Below are positions 19,317-27,542 of a stretch of 64,000 bases of DNA, in pieces. The translations under genes were made by a program, and so were the position numbers. The notes below the pieces were generated by a model. That model ran no database searches. It had not been told where the DNA came from and saw only the letters and a program-made list of their open reading frames with translations. The stretch lies in sequence record OR413578.1; one strand, given 5' to 3'. The stretch's first letter is position 1; every line of letters starts with the position of its first letter.

Positions 19317-20636
19317 ATGATCAACTATAACAAACCTGTCATGCAGCTGGTTTGGGATCAGATTAATCGTGATAACCCGCAGCTCAAGAAACCACTCAAC
19401 GCAACCAACGTGGCGTTATTACAAGGTCCTTTAACCAATGCCTTGCGCGATGGCCGCAACAGCCGTATAGTGGTAAACGGATTACAGGGTGGCGGTTACA
19501 GCGGTAAGATGGACATCTACTACGACCGCTTAAACCTTTCGCAGTATTTTAAAGGCGTCAGCGTACCGGTTAAAGTACCTTATCGGGCGACGTCCTACCG
19601 CGACATCATCGACCGGATTTCCGCAGCTTGTGGGCTGGTGCTTACTGCTGACGATTTAACGTATCCTGACAGCCAGTTTGCAATGATCACTGTGGCAACG
19701 GGCGATCGGACGGTGGCGATTAAATCGGATAACCCCGCATTCACGGGTCACATTCCTATTAGCTTTATTCGTGAAGAGCCCAGCTTTGCCGACTTGTACC
19801 ACACCACCGAAACCGGAGCTTGGGAACCCATGGATGTTTACAGCACGGTCTATCGACTCGACTGGAGCATGTACACCCAACAGATAATCAATATCCCGAT
19901 GGGTACCCCGCTGCGACTAAACAGTAACTCGTACATGACCCAGTTCATCGCGGCGCTGTCGGCATGGTCGGGCATCCCGTTCACTATCGGTAATGCTGCT
20001 ACTGATAACCCGTATGACCTCTATGGGTATGTCGCTACACGCAATAACAACCCAGGCTTAGACCCTGATATGCGTGGGGAGTACAATTACTGCGTGAAGT
20101 TGACGCCACCTGAGGATATGGGTAATCTCCGCCGTCCGTTCTTCTTGCACTTTGGTCCGAAAAATAACGTGGCCTATTTGGCGCAGGAAGAGGACGTCGA
20201 ACGTTATGCGCGTTACATGAGTTTCCGGGAAACCAGCTCAAATTCGATGAGCGTCACGTTGTATCAAAACGAGTACGTGTTGACTCGGGCGGAAGCGCCT
20301 GAAACAATGGATGATTTAACGGGTTCCCCGTATGGCACTCGATACTGTACCGGGAGTATTCGACGGCTGATGCAACACGCGTTTCCGACCGAAGAAATGT
20401 TCCAAGAAAGTATTGCTAACCGGCGTCGGGTACTGTACCACACTGCTTACACCACCACGACATCAGCTATTACTTACCAGGGACTATACCGTAACGGATA
20501 CCAATCCAAACAAATGACGAGCCTCTACTCGAATTACTGTAACTATTTCATCTATTACGACCCAAGCAAAGGCGGCTATATGGTCTACAGTCCATATAGC
20601 AAAACCGCCCCGGTCCCTTGGTATCCACCGCTATAG
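19317..20636 (+). CDS. fibre-family protein (family-I N-domain, unique middle region)
   Basis: DGRNSRI..GGGYSG..IYYDRLNL; C-end YSPYSKTAPVPW shared with gene 20651. Confidence 0.75.
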   Translation: MINYNKPVMQLVWDQINRDNPQLKKPLNATNVALLQGPLTNALRDGRNSRIVVNGLQGGGYSGKMDIYYDRLNLSQYFKGVSVPVKVPYRATSYRDIIDRISAACGLVLTADDLTYPDSQFAMITVATGDRTVAIKSDNPAFTGHIPISFIREEPSFADLYHTTETGAWEPMDVYSTVYRLDWSMYTQQIINIPMGTPLRLNSNSYMTQFIAALSAWSGIPFTIGNAATDNPYDLYGYVATRNNNPGLDPDMRGEYNYCVKLTPPEDMGNLRRPFFLHFGPKNNVAYLAQEEDVERYARYMSFRETSSNSMSVTLYQNEYVLTRAEAPETMDDLTGSPYGTRYCTGSIRRLMQHAFPTEEMFQESIANRRRVLYHTAYTTTTSAITYQGLYRNGYQSKQMTSLYSNYCNYFIYYDPSKGGYMVYSPYSKTAPVPWYPPL

Positions 20637-20650
20637 ACTAAGGTGTCACC

Positions 20651-22828
20651 ATGTCCTACACTCCCGATTTAGTGGCGACCGTGATTCGGTCGCTCAACCG
20701 TAAAAACGCGGTCGCCAAAGCAGTAGACCCCGCTAACGTACGCCTGGTGTCCGTGGCGCATCGTGACGAAAAAACCCTAGACGTCACACTGACAGGGGGT
20801 CCGGGGTATTCAAATTACGGTCAAATTACGGCCCAAGTCACGAAGCAAAATATTGCTGATTATTTCGCTAAGGTTAAGTTGGATGCCATTCCCACCTGTG
20901 CGTCCATCCACGAACTGTTGCCGCATTTAGACACTTTACTGGGGATTACCTTTTTAACCGACGACTTTGAAGACCTGCCTATCACTTGGACAAACAATGC
21001 TGCGCGCATCACGTTCCAGGCGAAACAGACAAGTCTTATCTGGTACGGCAGCCAAACGCTAGATGTGATAAACGGTGACGTGGATATCAACACCGTCTAC
21101 ACTGTTACCAACATCATTCTCACGCTAAAGGCTGCGAATAAACAGCAGTGGATTAACTTCTACTCTAATGCAACCAAACGGATCGTGGATCTTGATAAAG
21201 TCGATGTCAGCGCCCCGATGTCCCCGGAGGATATAGGCCAAACCTCTGCGTATAACAGCGTCGTAGCTTTGACCGCTAGACCGGGGAGCGGGATGTTTGG
21301 AACGAAGTATGTGTTCTTCTCACGTAACAAACTCGAGACATATTCAGGCAAAACCACATACGTCCCGGATGATTTCACCGGTAGCCTGCACGATGCTCTG
21401 GCCATCGAGACACTCGGCATTCGGAGCGTTTTTGATGTAAACGAAATTGCTCCTGTAGAGAGCCTGGCAGGCGAGTGGCCGAGACAAGTGCAATTGGCAC
21501 CCGTAGAGGGTTCGTACAAAGTCATGGGCAGCGCCACGTTGAATGTGGCACGCTATCAAGATAACGAGCAAACCCTTAACCTGAACTACACAACTACGTC
21601 GCAACTTTCGGACAGCTACTGGGCCACAACGTTGACCAACCACGCGGCGTGCGGGCGTTTGTTTGTTAACGTGACCGTAGATGCGGGGGCTTTCGTTTAT
21701 CGCGACAGCAACCTGAAACCGACGTTCGTTATCGACGAATTGCCGCAAATTGGCGAGGTGGTTTGGAACTTCGTTAACCGGGGAACCATTCTTGGTCGTG
21801 GTGGTTCGGGTATGGTCTATTCTCTGCCTGCGAACACATCAGCAGACGGAGCTGACGCAATCCACATTACCGATGCCTTCCGCGGCAAAGTCACCATCGA
21901 AAACTACGGCACCATCGCCGGAGGTGGGGGTGGGGGCGACTACTATGCGTTTAGCACCACCAAGATCGGTGGAGCTGGTGGTGCGCCTCTCGGGCCAGGC
22001 GCGGCGGTACCCAGCGGCACCAATAACCGTAACGGCTTAGCTGGGTCCCGTGACAAAGGCGGTGCTACTCAGTTAGTCGTCGCACAATTTACCGGCTACC
22101 AGAGTCGCTACTATGGCGGTCCGGGTGGGGATTGGGGCCAGCCGGGACGATATACAGCGTTCGAGCAATGGAACACCCCGGCTACCGGCTCGCCGATCTA
22201 TGTCTACGGTCGTGAAGACGGGATGTCATGGACTCGCCCTGGGATGGCAGGCGAAGCCGTCGGTGGGAATAAAAGTATCGTCAACTGGGTATCCGTCGGA
22301 ACGGTGAAACCGAATGTCACCGACGAGTACCAAGAGTTCCTCGACTACCTCGCAGATTTAGATGCCAACCGATTGGCCAGTGCGGATGGGATAGATAAAG
22401 TCACCGACCCAACCAAGCCTGTAGTTGTGGAGTTCTTAGGTACGATTATTTCAGGTACGCTGTTCCAAAAGCAAAACATACCCGGCGGTTTGGTGGGAAC
22501 ACCATACGGTGATGCTGTAGCTAATTTACCGGCTACCACATTGTTTGGTATCATGGCACACAGTGTATCGGAGTTTGATATTGTGCACGACACTTGGCGT
22601 TACAACCGTGCGGTAATGTTCACCCTAAAACCCGCGCCTACCGGAGTGATTGGCCTCGCTGTGGAACGCAACCGGGTGAAATCGGCTACCAGTAGTGCAC
22701 CGGTGGAGAGGTTCTATGTCGATCGCTTCGTGTATTACGATGCGTATCTCGGTAAAATGATGGAATGTAATCCGTATACCAAATCTGCCCCTAAACCATG
22801 GGTGCGGCCAACGATACCGTTATCGTAA
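20651..22828 (+). CDS. modular fibre/receptor-binding protein with internal gp38-like Gly-rich adhesin domain
   Basis: Two family-I-like N-terminal domains; GRGGSG, IENYGTIAGGGGGG, GGAGGAPLGPG, GGPGGDWGQPG, GMAGEAVGG..WVSVGTV follow the order of the T2/S16 gp38 glycine-rich motifs. Confidence 0.7.
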   Translation: MSYTPDLVATVIRSLNRKNAVAKAVDPANVRLVSVAHRDEKTLDVTLTGGPGYSNYGQITAQVTKQNIADYFAKVKLDAIPTCASIHELLPHLDTLLGITFLTDDFEDLPITWTNNAARITFQAKQTSLIWYGSQTLDVINGDVDINTVYTVTNIILTLKAANKQQWINFYSNATKRIVDLDKVDVSAPMSPEDIGQTSAYNSVVALTARPGSGMFGTKYVFFSRNKLETYSGKTTYVPDDFTGSLHDALAIETLGIRSVFDVNEIAPVESLAGEWPRQVQLAPVEGSYKVMGSATLNVARYQDNEQTLNLNYTTTSQLSDSYWATTLTNHAACGRLFVNVTVDAGAFVYRDSNLKPTFVIDELPQIGEVVWNFVNRGTILGRGGSGMVYSLPANTSADGADAIHITDAFRGKVTIENYGTIAGGGGGGDYYAFSTTKIGGAGGAPLGPGAAVPSGTNNRNGLAGSRDKGGATQLVVAQFTGYQSRYYGGPGGDWGQPGRYTAFEQWNTPATGSPIYVYGREDGMSWTRPGMAGEAVGGNKSIVNWVSVGTVKPNVTDEYQEFLDYLADLDANRLASADGIDKVTDPTKPVVVEFLGTIISGTLFQKQNIPGGLVGTPYGDAVANLPATTLFGIMAHSVSEFDIVHDTWRYNRAVMFTLKPAPTGVIGLAVERNRVKSATSSAPVERFYVDRFVYYDAYLGKMMECNPYTKSAPKPWVRPTIPLS

Positions 22829-22874
22829 TTTAACGAGGAACTTGACGGGTTTAAAGCCTGAAGATAATCCATGC

Positions 22875-22906
22875 CCTCTTCCCCACGGGGAAGAGGCTTT
22901 CTTTTT
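22875..22906 (+). terminator. intrinsic terminator
   Basis: CCTCTTCCCC / GGGGAAGAGG stem followed by CTTTCTTTTT. Confidence 0.8.
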
Positions 22907-22933
22907 ATGACCCTATCAACTCAGGAGGTTATC

Positions 22934-23524
22934 GTGGTCGATCGTTGGAGTAAAGAGGGCATTATTCGTGCCAAAGTAAACATCGAAGCCGGTTACGTTA
23001 ATAACCCGAAAGATTTGGGCAAAGCAACGAACCGCGGTGTCACCGAACTCACTGCGCGCGAATATGGCTATAAAGGGGATATGCGTGACCTGAGCTTAGA
23101 AATCGCGTTAGACATTTACAACAAGCTCTGGTGGCAGCGGATGCGTTTAGACCAGATTATGAAAATGAATGTCCTGCTAGCTGACCGAATGTTTGATTTC
23201 GGCATTAACGCAGGACGCGGTAACTGTATCAAGTCCCTGCAACGTATTCTGAACGTATTAAACCGTCAGGGTAAACTATACGATGATATCGATGCCGATG
23301 GTGGTATCGGGCCACGTACGTTAACAGCGTTAGAAGGCTTCATCAAAGCCCGTGGGGAAGAGGGCCTGAATCGACTGATGTTCGCTTTAACCTGTCATCA
23401 GGTTGCGTATTACACGGAAATCAGTGAAGGGCGTGAGGATAACGAAGAGTTTACTTACGGCTGGTATGGCCGCGTCTATCAGGAAATGCCAGACTACGTG
23501 GCTAAGTTGGGGATGTGCAAATGA
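22934..23524 (+). CDS. glycoside hydrolase family 108 muramidase (endolysin) with C-terminal PG-binding_3-type domain
   Basis: EAGYVNNPKDLGKATNRGVT (GH108 E-G-G-Y motif), FDFGINAG, LQRILN..DGGIGPRT; GTG 22934 after GGAGG. Confidence 0.85.
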   Translation: MVDRWSKEGIIRAKVNIEAGYVNNPKDLGKATNRGVTELTAREYGYKGDMRDLSLEIALDIYNKLWWQRMRLDQIMKMNVLLADRMFDFGINAGRGNCIKSLQRILNVLNRQGKLYDDIDADGGIGPRTLTALEGFIKARGEEGLNRLMFALTCHQVAYYTEISEGREDNEEFTYGWYGRVYQEMPDYVAKLGMCK

Positions 23525-23622
23525 AACAGAATTGGTTTGCTGCCTTAATGAAAGCTATCTGGCGCGCCCTTGTTTTTGCCGCAAGGAGAAAACGTAATGA
23601 CCCACCGTCCAACTCCGCCTAA
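23521..23622 (+). CDS. micro-ORF, amphipathic basic peptide (33 aa)
   Basis: ATGA overlap with the endolysin stop; MKQNWFAALMKAIWRALVFAARRKRNDPPSNSA. Confidence 0.55.
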   Translation: MKQNWFAALMKAIWRALVFAARRKRNDPPSNSA

Positions 23623-23749
23623 GTTCCCCGAAGTACAAACCGTTCCGGAAACGTATTACGATTCTGGGTTCTTCAAACTATTACGCGCGATCTTCTGTCG
23701 GAGGGTAAAGCCATGCAATACGACAACGACGACTGGCCGAAAGGCTTAA
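23597..23749 (+). CDS. micro-ORF (50 aa)
   Basis: AAGGAG RBS (23583-88); MTHRPTPPKFPEV..FFKLLRAIFCRR.. Confidence 0.55.
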   Translation: MTHRPTPPKFPEVQTVPETYYDSGFFKLLRAIFCRRVKPCNTTTTTGRKA

Positions 23750-23805
23750 TGCCCATTTTACTGGGATTAATGGTCCTCACGATGCTCGTGCGTTATATGA
23801 CGTGA
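23713..23805 (+). CDS. micro-ORF, single transmembrane helix (30 aa)
   Basis: GGAGGG RBS; MQYDNDDWPKGLMPILLGLMVLTMLVRYMT. Confidence 0.6.
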   Translation: MQYDNDDWPKGLMPILLGLMVLTMLVRYMT

Positions 23806-23812
23806 GGTCAGT

Positions 23813-24454
23813 ATGGAAGCACTTAAGTATAAGTTGTTAGAGAAGCCGTGGTTTATCCTCACGGATGATTTCCATTTCGAGTTTACGTTGCGCAGCCTCT
23901 ATCGTGAACACGCCGGAATGGATGCGATGGTAGCATTAGCAGGTCTGCATCCGGATACCCCGTTATGGGTAACGGTACCGAAAGGATTTGTGACGGACCT
24001 GGCAAGCATTCCAGAAGCGTTACGTCCTATCCTGCATCCGGATGGGCCTTGGGCTGCTGCCGCTTGTGTGCATGATTTGTTTTACCAGAAACGTTCATCG
24101 GTAGGCTTTTACCCTGACACTGTCGAAGGTAATCTATCTCGTGCATGTGACAAAACATTCGCTGACCTGATGTTCTTACGTATCATGGAGGCATTAGGCG
24201 TTGACACCTTTATTCGTAAGTCCTTCTACCATGCCGTTCACGAGTTTGGTTGGCCGTCCTATGTAGACGATAACTCTAAGGTGGTTTATAGCCGGCCGGT
24301 AGAAAAGACGTTGTCCTATAATCGCAACTACCTGTTCTTTAGAACGTCGCGTACGTTAGCGATTCCTGAACACGAACGTGTTGACATTACTAATGGGCAA
24401 CCGGTAAACGTGCAGTATTTGAATATCAAACGTGCGTTCCTGACTACCCCTTAA
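23813..24454 (+). CDS. DUF1353 family protein
   Basis: VTVPKGFVTDLASIP..PDGPWAAAACVHDLFY..AD..F..M..GV..AV..FG pattern. Confidence 0.8.
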   Translation: MEALKYKLLEKPWFILTDDFHFEFTLRSLYREHAGMDAMVALAGLHPDTPLWVTVPKGFVTDLASIPEALRPILHPDGPWAAAACVHDLFYQKRSSVGFYPDTVEGNLSRACDKTFADLMFLRIMEALGVDTFIRKSFYHAVHEFGWPSYVDDNSKVVYSRPVEKTLSYNRNYLFFRTSRTLAIPEHERVDITNGQPVNVQYLNIKRAFLTTP

Positions 24455-24463
24455 GGAGAGAAA

Positions 24464-24979
24464 ATGTTTCATCCGAATCCTGCCAACTTCGCGTTAAAAG
24501 AGTTGATGCCGCAGGAGTACATCGCGAAATACGGTGAAGGTGCTATTCGTTTCCTTAATCCGTTACTGCTAATCTCGCTCCAACAGATTCGTAATCGTTT
24601 TGGGCGGATGGTGATTTTAACCAGTTCCCAGCAACAGCGTAGTCTGCGTACCCTGCAGTTCTTTATTAATCAAGAGAAACCAAAGGGTGGCGATTGGCAA
24701 ACTCGTGCAAACAAACTGTACGCCGAATCAGGCAGTATGCATAAATTCGGTAATGCGTTTGATGCAACAATGCTTGATACTCCGTTGCAGAAAGTACACG
24801 ACTATATTGCCGCGAACCCTAACGAGTTTCCGTTTATTCACTTTATCGAGTGCGATATTACCTGGCTGCATGTTGACGTACGCAACCAGCCTGATATCAC
24901 CTTCTGGTCACCGACACGTGGTACCGTTAAAGTGGTTAAGCAACAACCCATCGATTGGAGCAAGCTAGTTAAAATCTAA
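24464..24979 (+). CDS. peptidase M15-type Zn peptidoglycan peptidase
   Basis: F.LKEL, S.HKFGNAFD and WLHVD zinc-ligand motifs of M15 enzymes. Confidence 0.8.
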   Translation: MFHPNPANFALKELMPQEYIAKYGEGAIRFLNPLLLISLQQIRNRFGRMVILTSSQQQRSLRTLQFFINQEKPKGGDWQTRANKLYAESGSMHKFGNAFDATMLDTPLQKVHDYIAANPNEFPFIHFIECDITWLHVDVRNQPDITFWSPTRGTVKVVKQQPIDWSKLVKI

Positions 24980-25071
24980 TCCACTTTAATCAAAAGTAAT
25001 ATCATTTATCATTTGATACGTTTAATGCGCTTAGAGAGCGTTACAGAGCGTTTTAGAGGGTAAATAAAGCC

Positions 25072-25102
25072 CTTACCCACTCCCCTTACGGGAGTGGGTA
25101 AG
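25072..25102. terminator. bidirectional terminator
   Basis: 13-bp stem CTTACCCACTCCC/GGGAGTGGGTAAG with A- and T-rich flanks between convergent genes. Confidence 0.85.
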
Positions 25103-25104
25103 CA

Positions 25105-25596
25105 TTATTTATTTTCTTCTAACGGAACAATCGTAATCGGAGTAGGAACTTCACCGATAAACCCGCTGCTGCAGCGAAAGAATGTCATCCCTTTACCTTC
25201 GCCGGTATACGGGTTCACATCCGAAAAAGAATAAGTGGGGCTATCGTTTACGGTTTTATTAATACGGTAATAACGCTCACCTGTGGTGGTGTTAACATTC
25301 CCGTCGATTTTGCCAATTGTATCTTTAAACATCATCGGTGACTCTAATTTGCCACCGTCCCACGTTGCTACCCAGTTTGCACCCACATCCATTACTGTTA
25401 CTGACCGCGGCATCATCTGTAGATTGTCCAGAACCGGACGGTAGTCTATAAACTTCTCCTGCGTCCCTGTGCATGTATAAATCACCAAGTCGTGATTCTT
25501 TACTGGTGTGGCGCTAAATTGTCCTATGTTGCTTGGCGACTGAACACAACCGGCCAACAGGTTTATAATCGCGAATACGATAAATAGACGTTTCAT
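25105..25596 (-). CDS. putative lipoprotein
   Basis: MKRLFIVFAIINLLAG-C: basic N-region, hydrophobic core, LAGC lipobox. Confidence 0.75.
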   Translation of the reverse strand: MKRLFIVFAIINLLAGCVQSPSNIGQFSATPVKNHDLVIYTCTGTQEKFIDYRPVLDNLQMMPRSVTVMDVGANWVATWDGGKLESPMMFKDTIGKIDGNVNTTTGERYYRINKTVNDSPTYSFSDVNPYTGEGKGMTFFRCSSGFIGEVPTPITIVPLEENK

Positions 25597-25683
25597 AGAG
25601 TACCTTTCAGTGGTAAAAAATTTCTCGTTTAACAGCCAACTTTACTGTCATATTAAGCTCACTATGTTGTTTTTAGAACGATT

Positions 25684-25690
25684 TAGTATG
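25684..25690 (+). promoter_or_regulatory. candidate late promoter TAGTATG
   Basis: Same heptamer as upstream of genes 46153(-) and 48894(-); about 30 nt before the ATG. Confidence 0.5.
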
Positions 25691-25719
25691 CACCACAAAC
25701 CTACTATAAGGAAACAACC

Positions 25720-26247
25720 ATGGCAGTCATCTCTGCAAAAGACCAACTCGTTGCGCTGTTTAATGCTGCAAACAGCGGACTGTCTAGTCCGTTAACTTCT
25801 GCTGACGTTACATTCGGCGCTGTTGCTGACTATTCACCAGCAGATTCTGGAGACACTCGCAACTCCAAACTCACCATCACTGCCACCGCGGAATCCGCTA
25901 ACTTTACTGGCGAGAAAGAGCTGCATTATACCCGCCTCGACTCATTGAACATCATCGGTGCGAAAGCAGTTACCGCTGACCAGGCAGAATGGGATACCGA
26001 TGAAGAAGTGCTTGCTTTTGTCAACGCAGATCTAATTGCCGCCGGTAAAACGGAGGATGCGTTTGCATTGTCTGAACTCACCATTTCACGCGAGGACGGC
26101 GACAGTGGTGAGAAAATCATCACTGTTATGGTGAAAGAAGGCCACATTAAATACCAGCCTGCCAGCCTTGCAGTTTATACTGTAACGCAGCCAATCGTTA
26201 AAACTGACCTGAGCACCACCAACGGTGAACTGGACGGATTCGTTTAA
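25720..26247 (+). CDS. short fibre-family protein (N-domain + NGELDGF tail)
   Basis: DTRNSKLTI..FTG..HYTRL; C-end KTDLSTTNGELDGFV. Confidence 0.75.
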   Translation: MAVISAKDQLVALFNAANSGLSSPLTSADVTFGAVADYSPADSGDTRNSKLTITATAESANFTGEKELHYTRLDSLNIIGAKAVTADQAEWDTDEEVLAFVNADLIAAGKTEDAFALSELTISREDGDSGEKIITVMVKEGHIKYQPASLAVYTVTQPIVKTDLSTTNGELDGFV

Positions 26248-26274
26248 CAAAACAACTTAGTAGTTTCTAAGAAA

Positions 26275-26325
26275 TAAATAAAAGGTACCTACCTCCCTTC
26301 GGGGAGGTAGGGCCTTTATTTTCTT
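26275..26325. terminator. bidirectional terminator closing the rSAM/fibre operon
   Basis: CCTACCTCCC-TTCG-GGGAGGTAGG (26288-26311) with A-rich 5' and T-rich 3' flanks. Confidence 0.9.
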
Positions 26326-26328
26326 TGC

Positions 26329-27000
26329 TTACATGCCGAGTGACTCGGACAATGTTTTTAATCCAGTGTAATCGCGCTTTTCAGCTAACTCACGGATTTG
26401 GCGTTTGTTATCTGCCATTGCTGAGTGCAACACTTGGTCACGTGCAACAATAGCGGCCAGCAACGCTTTACATTGGGCTACTGTAAACGGACTGTGCTTA
26501 GTATTCAGCGTATCGAGCCAGTATTCTGGTGCGGTATCCGCCTGAATATATTGACCGAGGATGGTACGCGACGATTCATCGGCTTGAAAGTGACTACCTT
26601 CAAACTCGATATAACCATGGCGCTCATCTTCGTAGCGGTGGTCGAGTTCCAACAGCATCTTCTGCACGTCTTCGTAAATGTAACGTGCGGTAGATTTCAG
26701 ATTCCCGCGAATTTCGTCGAGGTCAATCTCCAGCACATTAGCAATAAACTCTTTCGTGCGTTTCAATGTGAAGTTAGCTTCAATCTCCGACATCTCATAC
26801 AGCTTCATGCGTGCCAGGGCTTCTTTATCAGACATCCCTTCAATGAGATGGTAATGGAGCAGAGCGCAAAATCCGGTACGGCCCTGATCCTGTGCCCCGA
26901 TTCGTTCCATGAAATTGCCGTGTCGGTCAATCGGCAAATCGCGCTGGAAATAACGGGCACGGATCTCTTCGTTCGTTAAGCTTTTGTCAGTAACAGACAT
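26329..27000 (-). CDS. DUF4376-domain protein (tail-fibre assembly type)
   Basis: C-half FEGSHFQADESSRTIL..WLDTLN..LL..I..RDQ.LH..K.QI resembles DUF4376. Confidence 0.6.
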   Translation of the reverse strand: MSVTDKSLTNEEIRARYFQRDLPIDRHGNFMERIGAQDQGRTGFCALLHYHLIEGMSDKEALARMKLYEMSEIEANFTLKRTKEFIANVLEIDLDEIRGNLKSTARYIYEDVQKMLLELDHRYEDERHGYIEFEGSHFQADESSRTILGQYIQADTAPEYWLDTLNTKHSPFTVAQCKALLAAIVARDQVLHSAMADNKRQIRELAEKRDYTGLKTLSESLGM

Positions 27001-27542
27001 TCGTCCTCCTCAATCAGGCCAAGTTCTAACAACAAACCGAAGTCCAGCATCTGGAAGTCCTGATCGAGGTTACCGGCCCACAACAGAGAAATGTTGTGTT
27101 GCTCTTCTTCTTCCAACTGCGGGAGCAGATGTTCTTCGAAGATTTGACGCTCTGTGTAATAGGCGTCGACCGGATTATTGGAGCGTAAGTTACGAATACG
27201 CATACGCGGGAAAGACAAGCCCAAAGCCACTAAACTTTCAGGACTGGCTTCATCAATAGAGTGACGTAGCAGTTCGATTTTGTGGCGTGGGTATGCGAGC
27301 AATCGCTTCTCAAAGCCAGGGTTGCGCTTTTCGATTTCCGCGACAGACTCGTGTCCTTTCTCAACGCAGTAGACCGGGATCATCACATTCAGCCCGTATT
27401 TAATCAACAGGCTTTGGATTTCGTCAGTGAAGTCTTCCCCTGCCACAATTGCGTGCACATTGTACAATTTGCTTTTGCGCAGAAAGCGATCGACCAAGTG
27501 CAGTTTACGCTTCGTAAAATTGTGAATCAGTATTGACTTCAT
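26976..27542 (-). CDS. hypothetical protein in the rSAM cluster
   Basis: ATG 27542 after GGAG; overlaps both neighbours, suggesting translational coupling. Confidence 0.7.
   Translation of the reverse strand: MKSILIHNFTKRKLHLVDRFLRKSKLYNVHAIVAGEDFTDEIQSLLIKYGLNVMIPVYCVEKGHESVAEIEKRNPGFEKRLLAYPRHKIELLRHSIDEASPESLVALGLSFPRMRIRNLRSNNPVDAYYTERQIFEEHLLPQLEEEEQHNISLLWAGNLDQDFQMLDFGLLLELGLIEEDECLLLTKA

Noticed and set aside
22871-22933. ORF-track N-terminal extension of the endolysin (MPSSPRGRGFLF..)
   Set aside because: It lies inside a terminator hairpin; GTG 22934 has a GGAGG RBS and begins the GH108 domain.
25031-25060. Three imperfect 10-nt repeats (TTAGAGAGCG/TTACAGAGCG/TTTTAGAGGG)
   Set aside because: Too short and degenerate to call iterons or operators without homolog data.
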